A stretch of DNA of 64,000 bases from the human T2T-CHM13v2.0 reference genome, Homo sapiens: NCBI RefSeq assembly GCF_009914755.1, contig NC_060934.1. The stretch is one strand, 5' to 3'. The notes beneath the pieces are model-generated. The model saw only the letters and a program-made list of their open reading frames with translations, was not told the origin of the DNA and did not search any database. Position numbers and translations under genes: made by a program. This document shows positions 14,046 to 32,279 of the stretch, piece after piece (the first letter of the stretch is position 1; each line of letters begins with the position of its first letter).

Positions 14046-15291
14046 AGTACTCTTAGTTTCATAGGCTCCATCTGTAAAAAAATAGTCGTAATAAATTATA
14101 TGTATTAATTATATGTATACTACCTTAGTAGCTTTGGTTCTGTCTTTTTAGGAAACATTCACATTTTCCAAAAAGGTCAGATGCAAAGCCACATTCAAAA
14201 GCAAATTGTTTTAATATTTTTAGTTTAAACAATTCATAAAATCAGTCATAGGTAAATGTCTTTTGTTTAACTATTTTTTATTCTTATCTATCTTATTTTA
14301 TGAAAGTCACATTATCTTTTTCTATAAATTTGAGGAGCATTAGTTGTCTATACCTTAGAAAACTTGGCAGGCTGTAGTTTCTTATTATTATTCTGCTGTG
14401 TTTTATCTCCTTGATCAACATTTCCTATTGCTTTCATCAGAATCACCGAAGTATTTGATGGTGATTTTTTCAGTTTGATAGTTTGTGTGTCTAGTCAGAA
14501 GATGAAATAAGATAATCATCAAGTTGATGGCAGACTAAAAAAAGTTATTTGTTCAAACTAAATATAGAGTAATTCAAATATTAAAAGTTTTTGTTAGAGA
14601 TTTTTGTCAGTATATGATAGAACCTTCACTTTATGAATTAACCACTTATATTTTTAATTCAATAATTATTTCCTGAGTGCATATGATGTGCTTGAAACTA
14701 GGCAAAGCATAGTTCTTATAAACCCCACAGTGCTTGTTAACTAATGGGAGGCAGAGAGTAGAGGGAAATAAAGCACAGGTAATTATTTAATTGCAATTGA
14801 AATAAATAATATAGGGATCTACCTTAGAATTCAGTGAGAGTATTTTTAAAAATCCCTAAACAATTAAGCATAGCACAAAGACTTCTTTGAGGAAATTATA
14901 CTTAAATTTCAGAGCTAGGTAATTACAGTCACACATGCACACACACAGATGCACACAAACACACGCACTGGTATATTTCTTTGATTTTTAAGTTTAAATG
15001 CGTATTGAGTTGCCATGTTCTTTCAAGTGAGAGAGGCTCTAAGAGGTATTTTAAAAATATTCCTGTACTCAAGGAATGTATTATCTAATCAAAAAATAAA
15101 GAAAGCCTATTTGAGACATACATCATTGACATACATAATTTCAAAACAGTGTGTTACTAGGTGTCAAAATATTTAATAGTATGGGCAAGAAGTGTAGTTC
15201 ATTCCAGAAAAGGGACAATAACAATCTTATGGTGTGAATGGAAGAGAAAGTAGTTGTGGAGAATCAACTGGATGTTCATTACTGGTCAAAA

Positions 15292-16088
15292 TGAAAAGGG
15301 ATAGAGTTCCCTTATCTCCCACAAAAGGCATGCAACAGGGGTGTGGCTCACTCTTTTGGGGCCCTACTGCTGGAACTCCTAGGGGGAGCATGTAGACGGG
15401 CAGGTGCAGAGGCTGTGGGGAGTGCTTTTTGGGCTCCAGCCCCATGTCAGCATCTAGGACTCCTGAAGTCCAAATGGGCGTGTGTTACAGTGTGGTCTTT
15501 CAACTACATCATCTACAGACGGCTTGTGTTAACTCAATAGACCCTCTGCCTTATCGCAAGGACTGGGGACCAGTGTGACAGTCGATTTCTCGCCCAGCGT
15601 ACTGGAAGAAGCAGATCACACGTGGGCTGGAAGGTTGAGTGCAAGGTTTGATCGAGTGGTGGAGGTGGTTCTCAGCGAGATGGATGGAAAACCAAAAGGG
15701 GGGATGGAGTGGAAAGGTGGTATTCCCCTGGAGTCAGGCCGCCCAGTGGCCTGACTCTTCTCTGACCGCCCCTGGCTGAACTCCCCTTGGTGTCCAGATG
15801 TTCTTCTCTGTTTCTCTCCTGTGGCAGCCCACTACTCTCCGCCGCTCTGTTCCTCCACTCCTCTTGATGTTCAGCTGTTGTGTCTGTGTCCACTAAGGTC
15901 TAGGGTTTTTATAGGCACAGGATGGGGAGAATGGCGGGCCAGAGTGGTATTGGAAAATGCCACATTTGGACAGGAAAACAGGAATGTCTGTTCTCACTTA
16001 GGTCCGTGGGCACAGGCCTGAGGGTGGAGCCCTCACCAGGGACCCTGCCCTTCTCTGCCCAGCACTTCCCTGCCCCGTTCCTGTATCA
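15292..16088 (-). mobile_element. ERV1 solo LTR, LTR1/LTR28 (HUERS-P) group
   Basis: Minus strand begins TGATACAGGAACGGGGCAGGGAAGTGCTGGG and ends ...CCCTTTTCA; 4-bp TSD aaaa; ~800 bp GC-rich block. Confidence 0.85.
15905..15915 (-). promoter_or_regulatory. LTR TATA box (CCTATAAAAAC on minus strand)
   Basis: Plus-strand gtttttatagg at the expected U3 position of the LTR. Confidence 0.5.
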
Positions 16089-17019
16089 AAAAGAGAGAAA
16101 GATTTTTAGGAGGAATTATAGCTAAAGTAAAAATTTGTTTTGGAATCAGCTATAGATAAGAAATACTTCACAGGGGTTACTGATCTGAACAATTTCATTG
16201 TGAAACTTTAGAGGCATAAAATTAAGAATCAATTTATGCTTGAATAGTTGAGGCAAAACTCCACAAATTCTTAACCTGTTCTCAAATCATCATAATACAT
16301 TTTGTCCTACATTATAATCAAAACAGAAGGCATCAGTAGAGAGAGATCTTGTGCGGTAAATAGATGAGATGTTAACTTTCTCAGCAATCTGTTGTTATTC
16401 TCTTTTTATAAAACCTTTAAAATGATATGTAAAAGGGGGAAAACATGCACTAGAAATGGCAAGTGCTTGTTGAAACAGCACAATGAATACTTGTTGAGTT
16501 GCCAACTTTTGCCCTTTACCAAAAGTAGCCTTTAGAAATACAAAGCTTTGAATAAATAGTGTACTCTTAGATTTCTGTAAAGTAGTTCCAAGCCTCAAAT
16601 GAGAGTGAAGGTGTGTGTAAGAAGACAGAAATGCAAGGAATGACTACTGATGGAAAAGATCATTTATGTAACTAAGAAAAGCAGAGCTTCAGATGCCTTG
16701 GAATGTGAAGCTATAGTTTATCATACTACTCAGTTGAGGGAATTCTCCTTACTTGGGTGTTTTAGAATCAATTTTGTCTCTCAGTTAATATGAGAGGAAT
16801 TAAATTATTGTTACAATAATCAACCTCTTTGCTTTTTCTTCTCCCACACCACATGCCCAATAAACTACCATTTCCAAAATGACATGCATTGTTGATTGCC
16901 TTTTTGTGATATAAAGCATATGACTTCACTTCAATTACAGTGAAATATTAGAAGAAAATTATAGCAGAACTATCACAGGCTCCTGTTATCACATTTACTT
17001 ATCTACTTTATTTGTGTCC

Positions 17020-17580
17020 ATAAGTGTTACCTGTCTTCCAATTATAATCATGAACTGGCAGTGCCTGGATTTTAAAGCATGTGTGTAGAAATCCATCCAT
17101 TCTTACTGGTTTAAGAAGACACTCTTCTAAACATTTGCTCTCCTTTCCTAAATATTTTCCTCTTTAATTTAGCCTTCCCAAATTATACAAATATCTGACA
17201 TTTAATATTTAAAAAAATTCTCTATTGATTTCACATTTCCCTGACAGCAGGTGCTCTGGTTTCCTATGATGCTTTAGAATTAAAATACTCAAATAAATCT
17301 CTGTATTCACTGTGTTCACATCCTATTCTGACATTTTATCTTGACAGTCTAAGCAGTCTAAGCAGGATTCTCTCTCCACTATTCAGTGGAAATGGCTCTC
17401 ATCAAGGCTTCCAGTGACTTAGATTTCTCAAAACAGTGGTCAACTCTCAGGCATTATCTTACTCATTTGATGTCTCCTATTTTGAAATACTTTGTTACCA
17501 AGACTCCCAGGTGAGCATTCTCTTGAAATTTGTTTATGTCATTGGCCAGTTCTTCCGTCTTCTTTGTTGGTTCTTCCTAC
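17020..17580 (+). mobile_element. L2 ORF2-derived fragment
   Basis: ccact..gaaatggctctcatcaagg..cagtgac..tggtcaactctcag..atcttac resembles the L2 RT region. Confidence 0.6.
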
Positions 17581-17689
17581 TGCTAGAAAAACAAACAAAC
17601 AAACCAAAAAAACCCATTTATTTCATGCCATTTTAAATAGTATTTATATGAATACCAAACTAGAATTTAATGAGATAAATTCACACCTG

Positions 17690-17843
17690 GAATATAATTA
17701 AAAATATATATAAGGCATGTAAAAATAAGAAAATGCGACCCATAATGACAAGATAAATTAATCAACTGAAACTGACCTAGAACAGATTCAGACATCGGAA
17801 TTAGCAGACAAGAACATTAGTACATCTATTAAAACTGTGCACC
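17690..17843 (+). mobile_element. Old L1M fragment (ORF1 region)
   Basis: gacccataat..aatcaa.tgaaactgacctagaa..ggaattagcagacaag.acatta. Confidence 0.55.
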
Positions 17844-17845
17844 TG

Positions 17846-17930
17846 AGCCAGGCATGTGGCTCACACCTATAATCCCAGCACTTTGGGAAACCAAGGTGGG
17901 AGGATCACTTGAGACCAGGAGTTTGAGACA
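17846..17930 (+). mobile_element. Alu 5' fragment (AluJ/FLAM-like), truncated at L1 junction
   Basis: gccaggcatgtggctcacacctataatcccagcactttggga..ggatcacttgagaccaggagtttgagac, then an abrupt switch to L1. Confidence 0.9.
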
Positions 17931-20588
<2,658 letters not shown>

Positions 20589-20879
20589 TCAATTTCTTTC
20601 AATGCTGCTGTCTGTCATGTGATATTGTACTAGAGTCAGGTTGGAATTTGGTGTCTTATTGCTACAGGCTACTTTGCCTGTCATAAGATCTCTGTTTTAA
20701 GTTGAATGCTGGTCATTTTTGCCTAAATTCCAAAGCGAGGAGAGTATAATGAGGCATCGCTGAACCCACCTTCCCATTATGGTCTAAACTAGATTTTCAG
20801 GTTTATTTCGGAATGCCCTTGGCTGAGATGGGTGTCTATCAGTTTGTTGAAGAGTTCAAAATTTTATATTTGGTTTACA
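20589..20879 (-). mobile_element. MER4B/D-like ERV1 LTR, only the 5' ~290 bp
   Basis: Minus strand starts TGTAAACCAAATATAAAATT..cagccaagggcattcc..aacctgaaaa.ctagtt; ends abruptly at the L1 poly(A). Confidence 0.8.
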
Positions 20880-21370
20880 AACTGAACTCAGGTTCCGCTG
20901 CTTGCCACTTGAAAAGCCAAACAGGAGAAGCAAGGTATGGTGGAAGAAAAGCAGGTTTGTTGAAGTGCCAGTAGCTTGAGAGATGGCCAGACTCACATCT
21001 CAAGCTATCTCAAATTCAGCACCTAGCTAAAGAGTTTTTAAAAAGAGAGAGTGGCATGGAAACTATGTGCAGGAGTGGTGTGGGGTGCAGGTCTGCATCT
21101 TATTTTCTGATGGTTATCTTTAGGCATGGACTATCCAGTGGCTGGGTGGCATCATCTTGGCAGGGGCAGGGTTATGGGTTAACTGTGCATCAATTTATTC
21201 TTGGAAGGGAGAAAATTGCAACTGCCATCTCCACTTCATGTCTGGATTGTTTCAAGATTGGCCTTTGGAATTCTCAAGCAAACAAGTAGTTAGATATATG
21301 TGTGGCAAGAAACAAAGCAAGAGAAGGGCTACCTTTAGAGTAAGCTGGTAACCTGGCTATACCAGTTACA
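20880..21370 (-). mobile_element. ERV-type LTR, family unresolved
   Basis: Minus strand starts TGTAACTGG; LTR-like size and composition; its other end abuts the MER4 element. Confidence 0.5.
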
Positions 21371-21384
21371 CCAACTGTTTGTGA

Positions 21385-22698
<1,314 letters not shown>

Positions 22699-23225
22699 TG
22701 AGGATTAAACTCTGACTTTTAATCCTTGCTCAAATTTTTTTCCAAAGTGCCTGGGGAAAGTTATGCCTTCCAAGACATAAAATCTTATTAAACAGGTCTC
22801 TGTGATCCAGTATATTCTGACTCACTTTCCAGACTGATTCTGATATGGCATCACATAACAGATAACATACCTACTTATCTAAACATAAGCATTTCTCTCC
22901 ACTGACTTCAAGTTTTTAGACAAAGCTTAACTCTTCAACCAATTGCTTACTAAAGAATCCCTAAACTCACCTATGACTTGTAAGCCTCTGCTTTGAGATG
23001 TCCTGCCTTTTGGGGCCAAATCAGTATATTCCTCCCATGCATCGATTTATGATTTTACCTATATTTTCTATCTCCCTGAAATGTGCAAAATCAAACTATA
23101 ACCCAACCACATGGGAGCTCTTCCTCAGGACCTCTTGAGACTGTTTCCCTGGGCTGTGGTCATTCATGTTGGCTCAGAATAGACCTTTTAAAATATTTTG
23201 ACAGAATTTGGGTTTTGCATCAACA
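22699..23225 (+). mobile_element. ERV1 solo LTR, MER4 group (LTR49/MER4E-like)
   Basis: Starts TGAGGATTAAACTCTGA; ends ggctcagaata.acct...aaatatttt.acaga.tttgg....tcaaCA. Confidence 0.75.
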
Positions 23226-23775
23226 GTTTTAACATTAAAAAAATAAAATCAATCAAGAAACATAATTTTAGCTATATCATGTGTACAATTTGGAAGTTGT
23301 CATTCTCATACTTACAACTAGAAAAAATAAAAATTAAAAATAAATTACTTCAGTGCAATTCATCAGGGAACTTTGGTCTCAGGCAACCTGCCACTCTGAC
23401 ATCTAGAGAGCAAAGCAAATGAGAGAAATACAACTGAGATCGGTTTGAGCAGAGGCTAGTGGAAGTACAAGCTAGTAAACACTTTAATGATAATTTTGAT
23501 AAATATATTTGGAGTAAGGAGATACTTTCCTGGATTGTACCCCCAGGAAACCCACCAGGCTCTCTCAGTAAAGAGCAAAAAGTAAAAAAAGAAAGAAAAA
23601 AAAAGAGAAAGCAAAATCCTCACATTATTGACAGAAAGGAGAAAGAACCATTTACAAATATGAACAACGAATTCTCCATGAAAAGATTTCTGTCCAAGGG
23701 AAATTTATCAAGCTTTACCTGACCTCAAAGAAGCGCAATTATTTAATTCTAGCCCCTTGTCATCTTCCCGTATCA

Positions 23776-23834
23776 TGATGGGGCTCAGAAAACAATACAC
23801 CAAAATGAAGGCCTTGGAAGCAGTATCAGAAGCA
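23776..23834 (+). mobile_element. First ~60 bp of a MER39/MER34-like LTR
   Basis: TGATGGGGCTCAGAAAACAATACACCAAAATGAAGGCCTTGGAAGCAG..CAGAAGCA, then stops. Confidence 0.6.
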
Positions 23835-23838
23835 CTTT

Positions 23839-24013
23839 TATTCAACATTACACTAGAGATTCTAGTCAGTGCAATAGGGCAAGAAAACGAGTTAAAAGGT
23901 ATCCATATTGAAAAGAAAAGCTGTCTTTATTTACGATAGAAATAAATGAAGATTATAGATTCTGTGAGATTTTCAACATATATAAAGACAGTATCACTGT
24001 CATCTCATGGAAT
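23839..24013 (+). repeat. Dispersed local duplicate of 25350-25530
   Basis: Both read attcaacattacact..ttaaaaggtatccatattgaaa..gatagaaataaatgaagatt..ataaagacagtatcactgtcatctcatgg. Confidence 0.9.
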
Positions 24014-24311
24014 TTATTATAGTCCATTTGAGCTGCTGTGACATAATACCACAGACTAGGTAATTAAACAACAGAAATTTATTTTCTCACAGTTTTAGAA
24101 GTTGAGAAGTCCAAGATCAAGGTACTGCAGGTTCATTGTTGCGTAAGGGGTACTCTCTGCTTCCAGGATGGTGCCTTGTTGCTGAATCCTCATATGATAA
24201 AAGTTGGAAGTCCAAAAAGGGGCAAAGAATGTGTGAAGTCTCCTTCAAACTGTTGGTTTCAGGATTGAGTTTCAACATGAATTTTGAAGGGGACACAGTC
24301 ATATCATAGCA
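24014..24311 (-). mobile_element. MaLR LTR (MSTC/MSTD/MLT1A-like), internally deleted
   Basis: agtccattt..gctgctgt.aca.aataccacagact..gaagtccaagatcaagg..ctctctgcttcca.gatgg..tttcaacatgaattttg..catagca. Confidence 0.8.
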
Positions 24312-24700
24312 GTATCCTTGATATGATGTGATAAAGTGGCAACTTACCTCTGTGATTTCTTCTTAAAAACATATAAGGTAAGCATAATCATGAGGAAAAC
24401 ATTAGAAAAGATTCCTTTAGTGAGGCATCCTACAATATACCTGACTAGTACTTCTTAAACTGTTCAGTTTATGAAAAACAAGGACATTCTGAGCAACCAT
24501 CACAGCCATAAGGAGCCAAACTATGAACTCCCAATAACTAAATGACAATAAATATAAATGTAAAGATGGGATTCTGGAACAGATAAAGGACATTAGGCAA
24601 AAACTAAAAAAATTGGAATGAACTATGGACTTCAGTGAATAATATTAATACATCAATATTAGTTTAGTAATTATATACACTATGTGTATAATTTATTCTT
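24312..24700 (+). mobile_element. L1MC3/L1MD-like 3'UTR fragment
   Basis: ccttgatatgatgtgat..tacctgactagtact..gatgggattctggaacaga.aaaggacattagg.aaaaactaa. Confidence 0.75.
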
Positions 24701-24779
24701 AAAGTTAATTGAATTTAGAAGTAAAGGAGAGATTTCTGTAATTATAAAAATTTTATAAATACAGTTTACTATATTAATA

Positions 24780-26430
<1,651 letters not shown>

Positions 26431-27096
26431 ATATTTAAGCTTTAACAATAAGATTCAAAGAGTAGAGATAAAGTGAGTAAAATCACTTTTTCTGCAGACA
26501 AAATTAATTGAGGAGACCGAAGACAAATCTCATGTAAGCAATTTTATTGAATAAGTGGCAAATTCCACTCTCAAGATAGATTCCCAGCCTTGGAGAGGCT
26601 GTATCCTTGATTCTATCTCTGTGTTCCACAAATGACCTTTTAAATGACAGAATATTCATCACCTTTAAACCTGTCCTGCAATTTAGTTCTAGATGAAAAT
26701 TAACCTGGCTAATATAATTATCATTTATGGGTTATTAATTAACTCTGCAGAGACCATGTGCTCATGTCAAAAGGCTTCCTTTAAAATATGCAGAAGCATT
26801 AGATATAAAAATCAAAAAGATCCTAGCAGCAGATTCATTTGCTTAGCATAGTTTTCTGGAAGTGGATATCATCTCTTCCTTTGAATTGATTTTCCATCTG
26901 TGTTCAAACAACTTAAGAATTCAGAATGTACTTGTGGAGCCTTAAGGGGGTTGGGAGAGTGATAAATACAACAGTGGCAACAATTATACCAGACTTGCAT
27001 GAGGTAAATAATGAAAGAATAATTACAATACAGAGAATCTTTAAACATAAGTATAAATACATCTGAAAATTAACTGTATGCCTATTATAATAAATG

Positions 27097-28809
27097 TAGG
27101 CATACTTTGGAGATATTGTAGGTTTGCTTCCAGACCACCACAATAAATTGAATATCACAATAGAGTGAGGCAAAATTTTGTCCTGGTGCATATAAAAGTA
27201 TGTGTGCACTATATAGTGGTCTATAAAGTGTGTAATAACATTATGTATGAAAACACAATGTACCTATCTTAATTAAAAATGTATTATTGCTAAAATATGC
27301 TAAAGATCACCTGAGTCTTCAGAAAGTCTTAACCTTTTTACTGGAGCTTCTGACTGATTAGGATGGTGGCAGCTGAAGTTTGGGATGGCTATGGCAATTT
27401 TTTAAAATAAGAAAGCAATGAAGTTTGCTGTAGCAATTGATTCTTTCATGAAATATTTCTATGTAGCATGCAACGCTATTTGGTAGAATTTTACCCACAG
27501 TCACACTTCTTTCAAAATTGGAGTCAATCCTCTCAATGCCTGAAGTAGCTTCATCAGCTAAATCTATTTAATATTCTAAATTCTTTGTTGTCATTTCAAC
27601 AGTGTTCATGACATCTTCACCAGGAGTCAAGAAACCACTTTCTTTGCTTATTCCTTAGAAGGAACTCCTCTTTCATTAAAATATTATCATCAGACTGCAG
27701 TGATTCAGTCACATCTTCAGGCCCCACTTCTAATTCTAATTATCTTGCTATTTCTACAACAACTGCAGTTTCTTTGTCCACTGTAGTCTTGAATCCCTCA
27801 TAGTCATCCGTGAGGGTTGAAATCAATTTCTTCCTAACTTCCATTAATGTTTATATTTTGACCTCCTTTCATGAAATGCTCTTAATGGCATCTAAAATGG
27901 TAAATTCTTTCCAGAAGGTTTTCAATACTTTACCAGATCCATCCAAGGAATCCTATCTGTGGCAGCTATACTCTTATAAATTGTATTTCTTAAATAATAA
28001 TGCTTGAAAGTTGAAATTACTCCTTGATCCATGTTTCATTAGGAGGCATGAAAACAACATTAATATCCTTGTACATCTCCATCAGAGCTTTTTGGTGACA
28101 AATTGCATTGTCAATGAGCAGTCATATTTTGAAATAAATATTTTTATTTCTGAGCATTAGGTCTCAAACATGGGCTTAAAATACTCAGAAAACTGTACTA
28201 TAGACAGATGTGCTCTCATCCAGGCTTAGGTGTTGCATTTATAGAACACCAGCATAGCAAATTTAGTATAATTCTTAAGGGCTATAGGATCGTCTGGGTG
28301 GTTACTGAACCGTGGTTTCAATTTAAAGTCATTTATTTTGATTTAACCTGAGAGCTGTGTTACTCTCTTTCCCTTGAACACTTAGAGGTCATTGTAGGGT
28401 TATTAATTAACCTGATTTCAATATTGTTGTCTTCAGGCAATTAAGGAGGCCTGAGGAGAGGAAAAGAGATATGTGAACCACTGGCTGATGGAGTAATCAG
28501 AGTGCATACATCTTTTTTTAAAGTACGCCTTATTATATGGGTGTAGTTATGGCACCCCAAAACAATTACAATAGTAACATCAATGATCATTGATTACAGA
28601 TCACCATAACAGATATAATAATAATTAAAAAGTTTAAAATGTGAGAATTACCAAAATATGACACAGACATGAAGTGAGGACATGCTGTTGGAAAAAATGG
28701 TACTGAGAGAGTTGCTCCATGATGGGTTGCCATAAACCTTCAATGTTTTAAAAAATGCAGCATCTGCAAAGTACTGCAAAGTGAAGTACAATAAAATAAG
28801 CTATGCCTC
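27097..28809 (-). mobile_element. Tigger1 DNA transposon, both termini, internal deletion near 28330-28345
   Basis: Termini (c/t)aggcatactttggagatattg.. and ..tacaataaaataagctatgcct(g/c)|TA; degenerate transposase body; 1.7 kb versus ~2.4 kb consensus. Confidence 0.92.
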
Positions 28810-29289
28810 TACTAATATAAGTGGCTTTTAAAATGTGAAATAGTAATTTTTGCTAAACCACATAGTAGAGCCATAGCATAATTACCTCAGTGGATTGTCT
28901 TGTTAGACTTCAGATTAATTTTGGATATTTTTATTTTCCCCTGTAAAAGAAGTTTCCAACTTACCTTATTAAGTCATTTATGGGGCAGGAAGACTGAGAG
29001 GGGTCGATGTGTGAGAAATGGTACTTCCTCTCTTACAACCTAAGCACATCAGTAAAATGTTTTTGAGATACAGGTAATTTACCTTGAAAATTTAGATATC
29101 AAAGTGTTTATGCACATTGCAATATCAACAATTATGCCTGTATTTTCTTCCACTGTTGAGTGGTTAAAAAATAAAATCTGACAAAGAAAAAAGTGAGTGG
29201 AATAAAAATTCCCCACTGTCGAAAATGAGAATTATACTAGTACATTTGTCAAGAGTTTTTCTATTATATCAGTGCCCAGCATTAAACTA

Positions 29290-29625
<336 letters not shown>

Positions 29626-30775
29626 TTAGTTAAACTGTATTAAGTCTGTTGTTAAATGTGTTATGCATTCTACAAAATATGAAGATCTATCTGAACACTA
29701 TTTTATAACCATCTTGCAATGATTAACCTATTGCATGAATATAAACCTCAGTAAATGTTAAAGAACTAGCCCAGATAAAAGGAGCATTTGAAATGACTAA
29801 GTTCTTCAACAAGTAAAAAATGTTATATTTTTACAAAAAGTTTTAAATTATTTGATTAGCAGCTACTAATAATTGAAGCTATATGCACTCTGCATAAAAA
29901 ATTCTAACTTAAAAAATGAGTTAAATTATCTCAAAACCTGCTGTGTTCATTCATTTTTTAGTAATGCAGAATCCCTGTAACTGCTAAATGTCTGTTTTAA
30001 CTTCTCATATATTGCACTTCTGTGATGAGAATAATTAAGATATATGCTTTTTAAAAAGCATTCTATCACTTATGCATTTACTCTGTCAAACGTTTTTAAA
30101 AATTTAAATGCCAAAAAAAGAAAAGTGGTATTTTTCTCTTAGATTGTATGTCCACTTACCTTATAATTAAGGGCTCTCACAGTGCTGAAGTATAGTAGTG
30201 TATGTAGTTGAATACAGAAGGCATTTACAGCTGAATAGCTGCAGAGAAAAAGGGGAAAATGGGAATCATGGGCAAAACCAGATTAACATAGATAATAACA
30301 GATTTTTTATGCCAAATGGTATTCTCAAAATTGGTACCTTTATGACTTTGCTGGTATTAAAATTTAAATTCTTACAAGAAGATAATTTACCTTGAATCAA
30401 ATTTACCTATAAAACAATGACATTTGTAGCAAATTCTGTTAATTCTGAGAAATAAAAAGAATTTTTCTACTTCATGTCAAGATAATTTCAAATAACTTGT
30501 AGCTAGAGTTTTGCAAAGGAAAATTTTGCTATGTAAAAATGTTGCCTTAATTTCATAATCTAAGTCAAAATGTGTGCTTCTTTATCACTAAACAACAGGG
30601 ACTAATTATGGAAATTTTCAGTGAGGTTGAAAACTTTTATGATTTTATTCTATTTGTATTAAGAGCAAGGATACCTGATACAATGCTTTACTTTTCTTGG
30701 AAAGCATGAGGACTCTAGCCTTGAGCAGCTCCTTTATAAATGTTACCTATTGACTGCTCAGTGAGCACCCATATG

Positions 30776-31122
30776 CAGATGCTCCTTGACTTACAAGGGG
30801 CTTACGTCCTGATAAATTAAATTTTCACCTTAACTTTAAAATACTGTTAAGTTTAAAAATGCATTTAATACAAACTTATCCTAGCCTACCTTAAACATGC
30901 TCAGAATACTTACATTAGCCTACAGTTGGACAAATGTATAATACAAAGTCTATTTTACAATAAAGTGTTGAATAGCTCACGTAATTTATTGAATACTGTA
31001 CTGAAAGTGAAGAACAGAATGGTTGTATGGGCACTCGAAGTAAGGTTTCTACATAATGTGCATGGCTTTCACATTATTATAAAGTTAAAATAATTCAAAA
31101 CATTGAAAGTTAAGGAATGTTT
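30776..31122 (+). mobile_element. MER47A-like TcMar-Tigger MITE
   Basis: CAGATGCTCCTTGACTTAC..cctagcctaccttaaacatgctcagaa.acttacattagcctacagttgg..gaatactgtactgaaagtgaa. Confidence 0.85.
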
Positions 31123-31924
31123 TATTTCCCCAAAGATAAGAATGAAAATAAGTATTTGGAAATATTCTTGTATCTCCAAATGACATGTAGGAAATTCTTG
31201 TTGGTTAAGATCATATGTCCTGAGTCAAAAAAATCTGTTGAGAGTTGACCTGTAAATTTTTGCATTTGCTTTTATCAGAAACTGTTAAAGAACTTCAATA
31301 TATTTAACAATTCATAAGTAATCTATCTTTTAATCATTTGCAAAAAAGAAAATAGATAAGAGCAGTTATTAGAGAAAAATAAAATATTCTTTATGTATGT
31401 TTGAAGAAAAAATGAAAAAATTGTGTCATGTTCATTAATTTAAACAATATAAACTAATACTGTTTGTATGAAAATACCTTTGATTACTCAGTTTTCTTAA
31501 ATATTAATGAATATATTGAAGATTCACCTGTTTTAGTAAAATGTTGATCAGACATTTCATATTTTAAATTCAATGGTAGAAAATACAGTCAAGCAAATTT
31601 GTGAAATATGAGCATGAAGAAACAAATTTAGCTTTAATTCTTACCTGTTCTGATTAGTTAGTAGGTGAATTCATTATTTAGCAACCTGAGTATTGAGTAT
31701 TTTATATCGTTAGCACCTCTTATCAGCAGAGAAGTGTGTTATAATATAGAGCCTGAACAACAAAGCTGTTATAAGGCCACACAATTTGTTTTATAGTTTC
31801 TCATTAATTACAGCTAATTCCATGCTTAAAAGGGTATTTATTTTTCTGATTTTATATTTTCTTTGATTAAAAGGGAAGCTAATATAATTTTCTATTTAAA
31901 TTTTCTTAAGATAAATAGCATGTA

Positions 31925-32105
31925 AGGTTTACCTCTGCAGCTACTTACTAGCTGCCTGACTTTGGGCAAAATCCTTGATCTCTCTGTCTCACTTTTCGTA
32001 TCTGTAGATTGTGGATAATAATAGTACATTCTTCAGTGGTGTTTTGTAAAGATTAAGTAAAATTATCCAGCAAAAATGTGCATAACATAATTTCTGGATT
32101 ATAGA
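31925..32105 (+). mobile_element. MIR
   Basis: ctacttactagctg..actttgggcaa..ctctctgtctca.ttt.c.tatctgta..ggataataatagtac. Confidence 0.7.
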
Positions 32106-32279
32106 AAGATAAAATTAAGGCTCTCTATCATTTTTCTTACTTATTATAGCATACAATGTACATTTTTATAAGAATCTTAGGAAGAATTTATGCTCATCTT
32201 ACTACTGTGTATTAAGGTACTTTGCTTGAAAACTGTTTTCTCTTTAATCTTAAAGCCTAAAAATCATGTTATTGGTAAG

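Noticed and set aside
27810-28007. Possible domesticated Tigger transposase
   Set aside because: This ORF is antisense to the Tigger1 element; the transposase strand has no long ORF and carries a large internal deletion.
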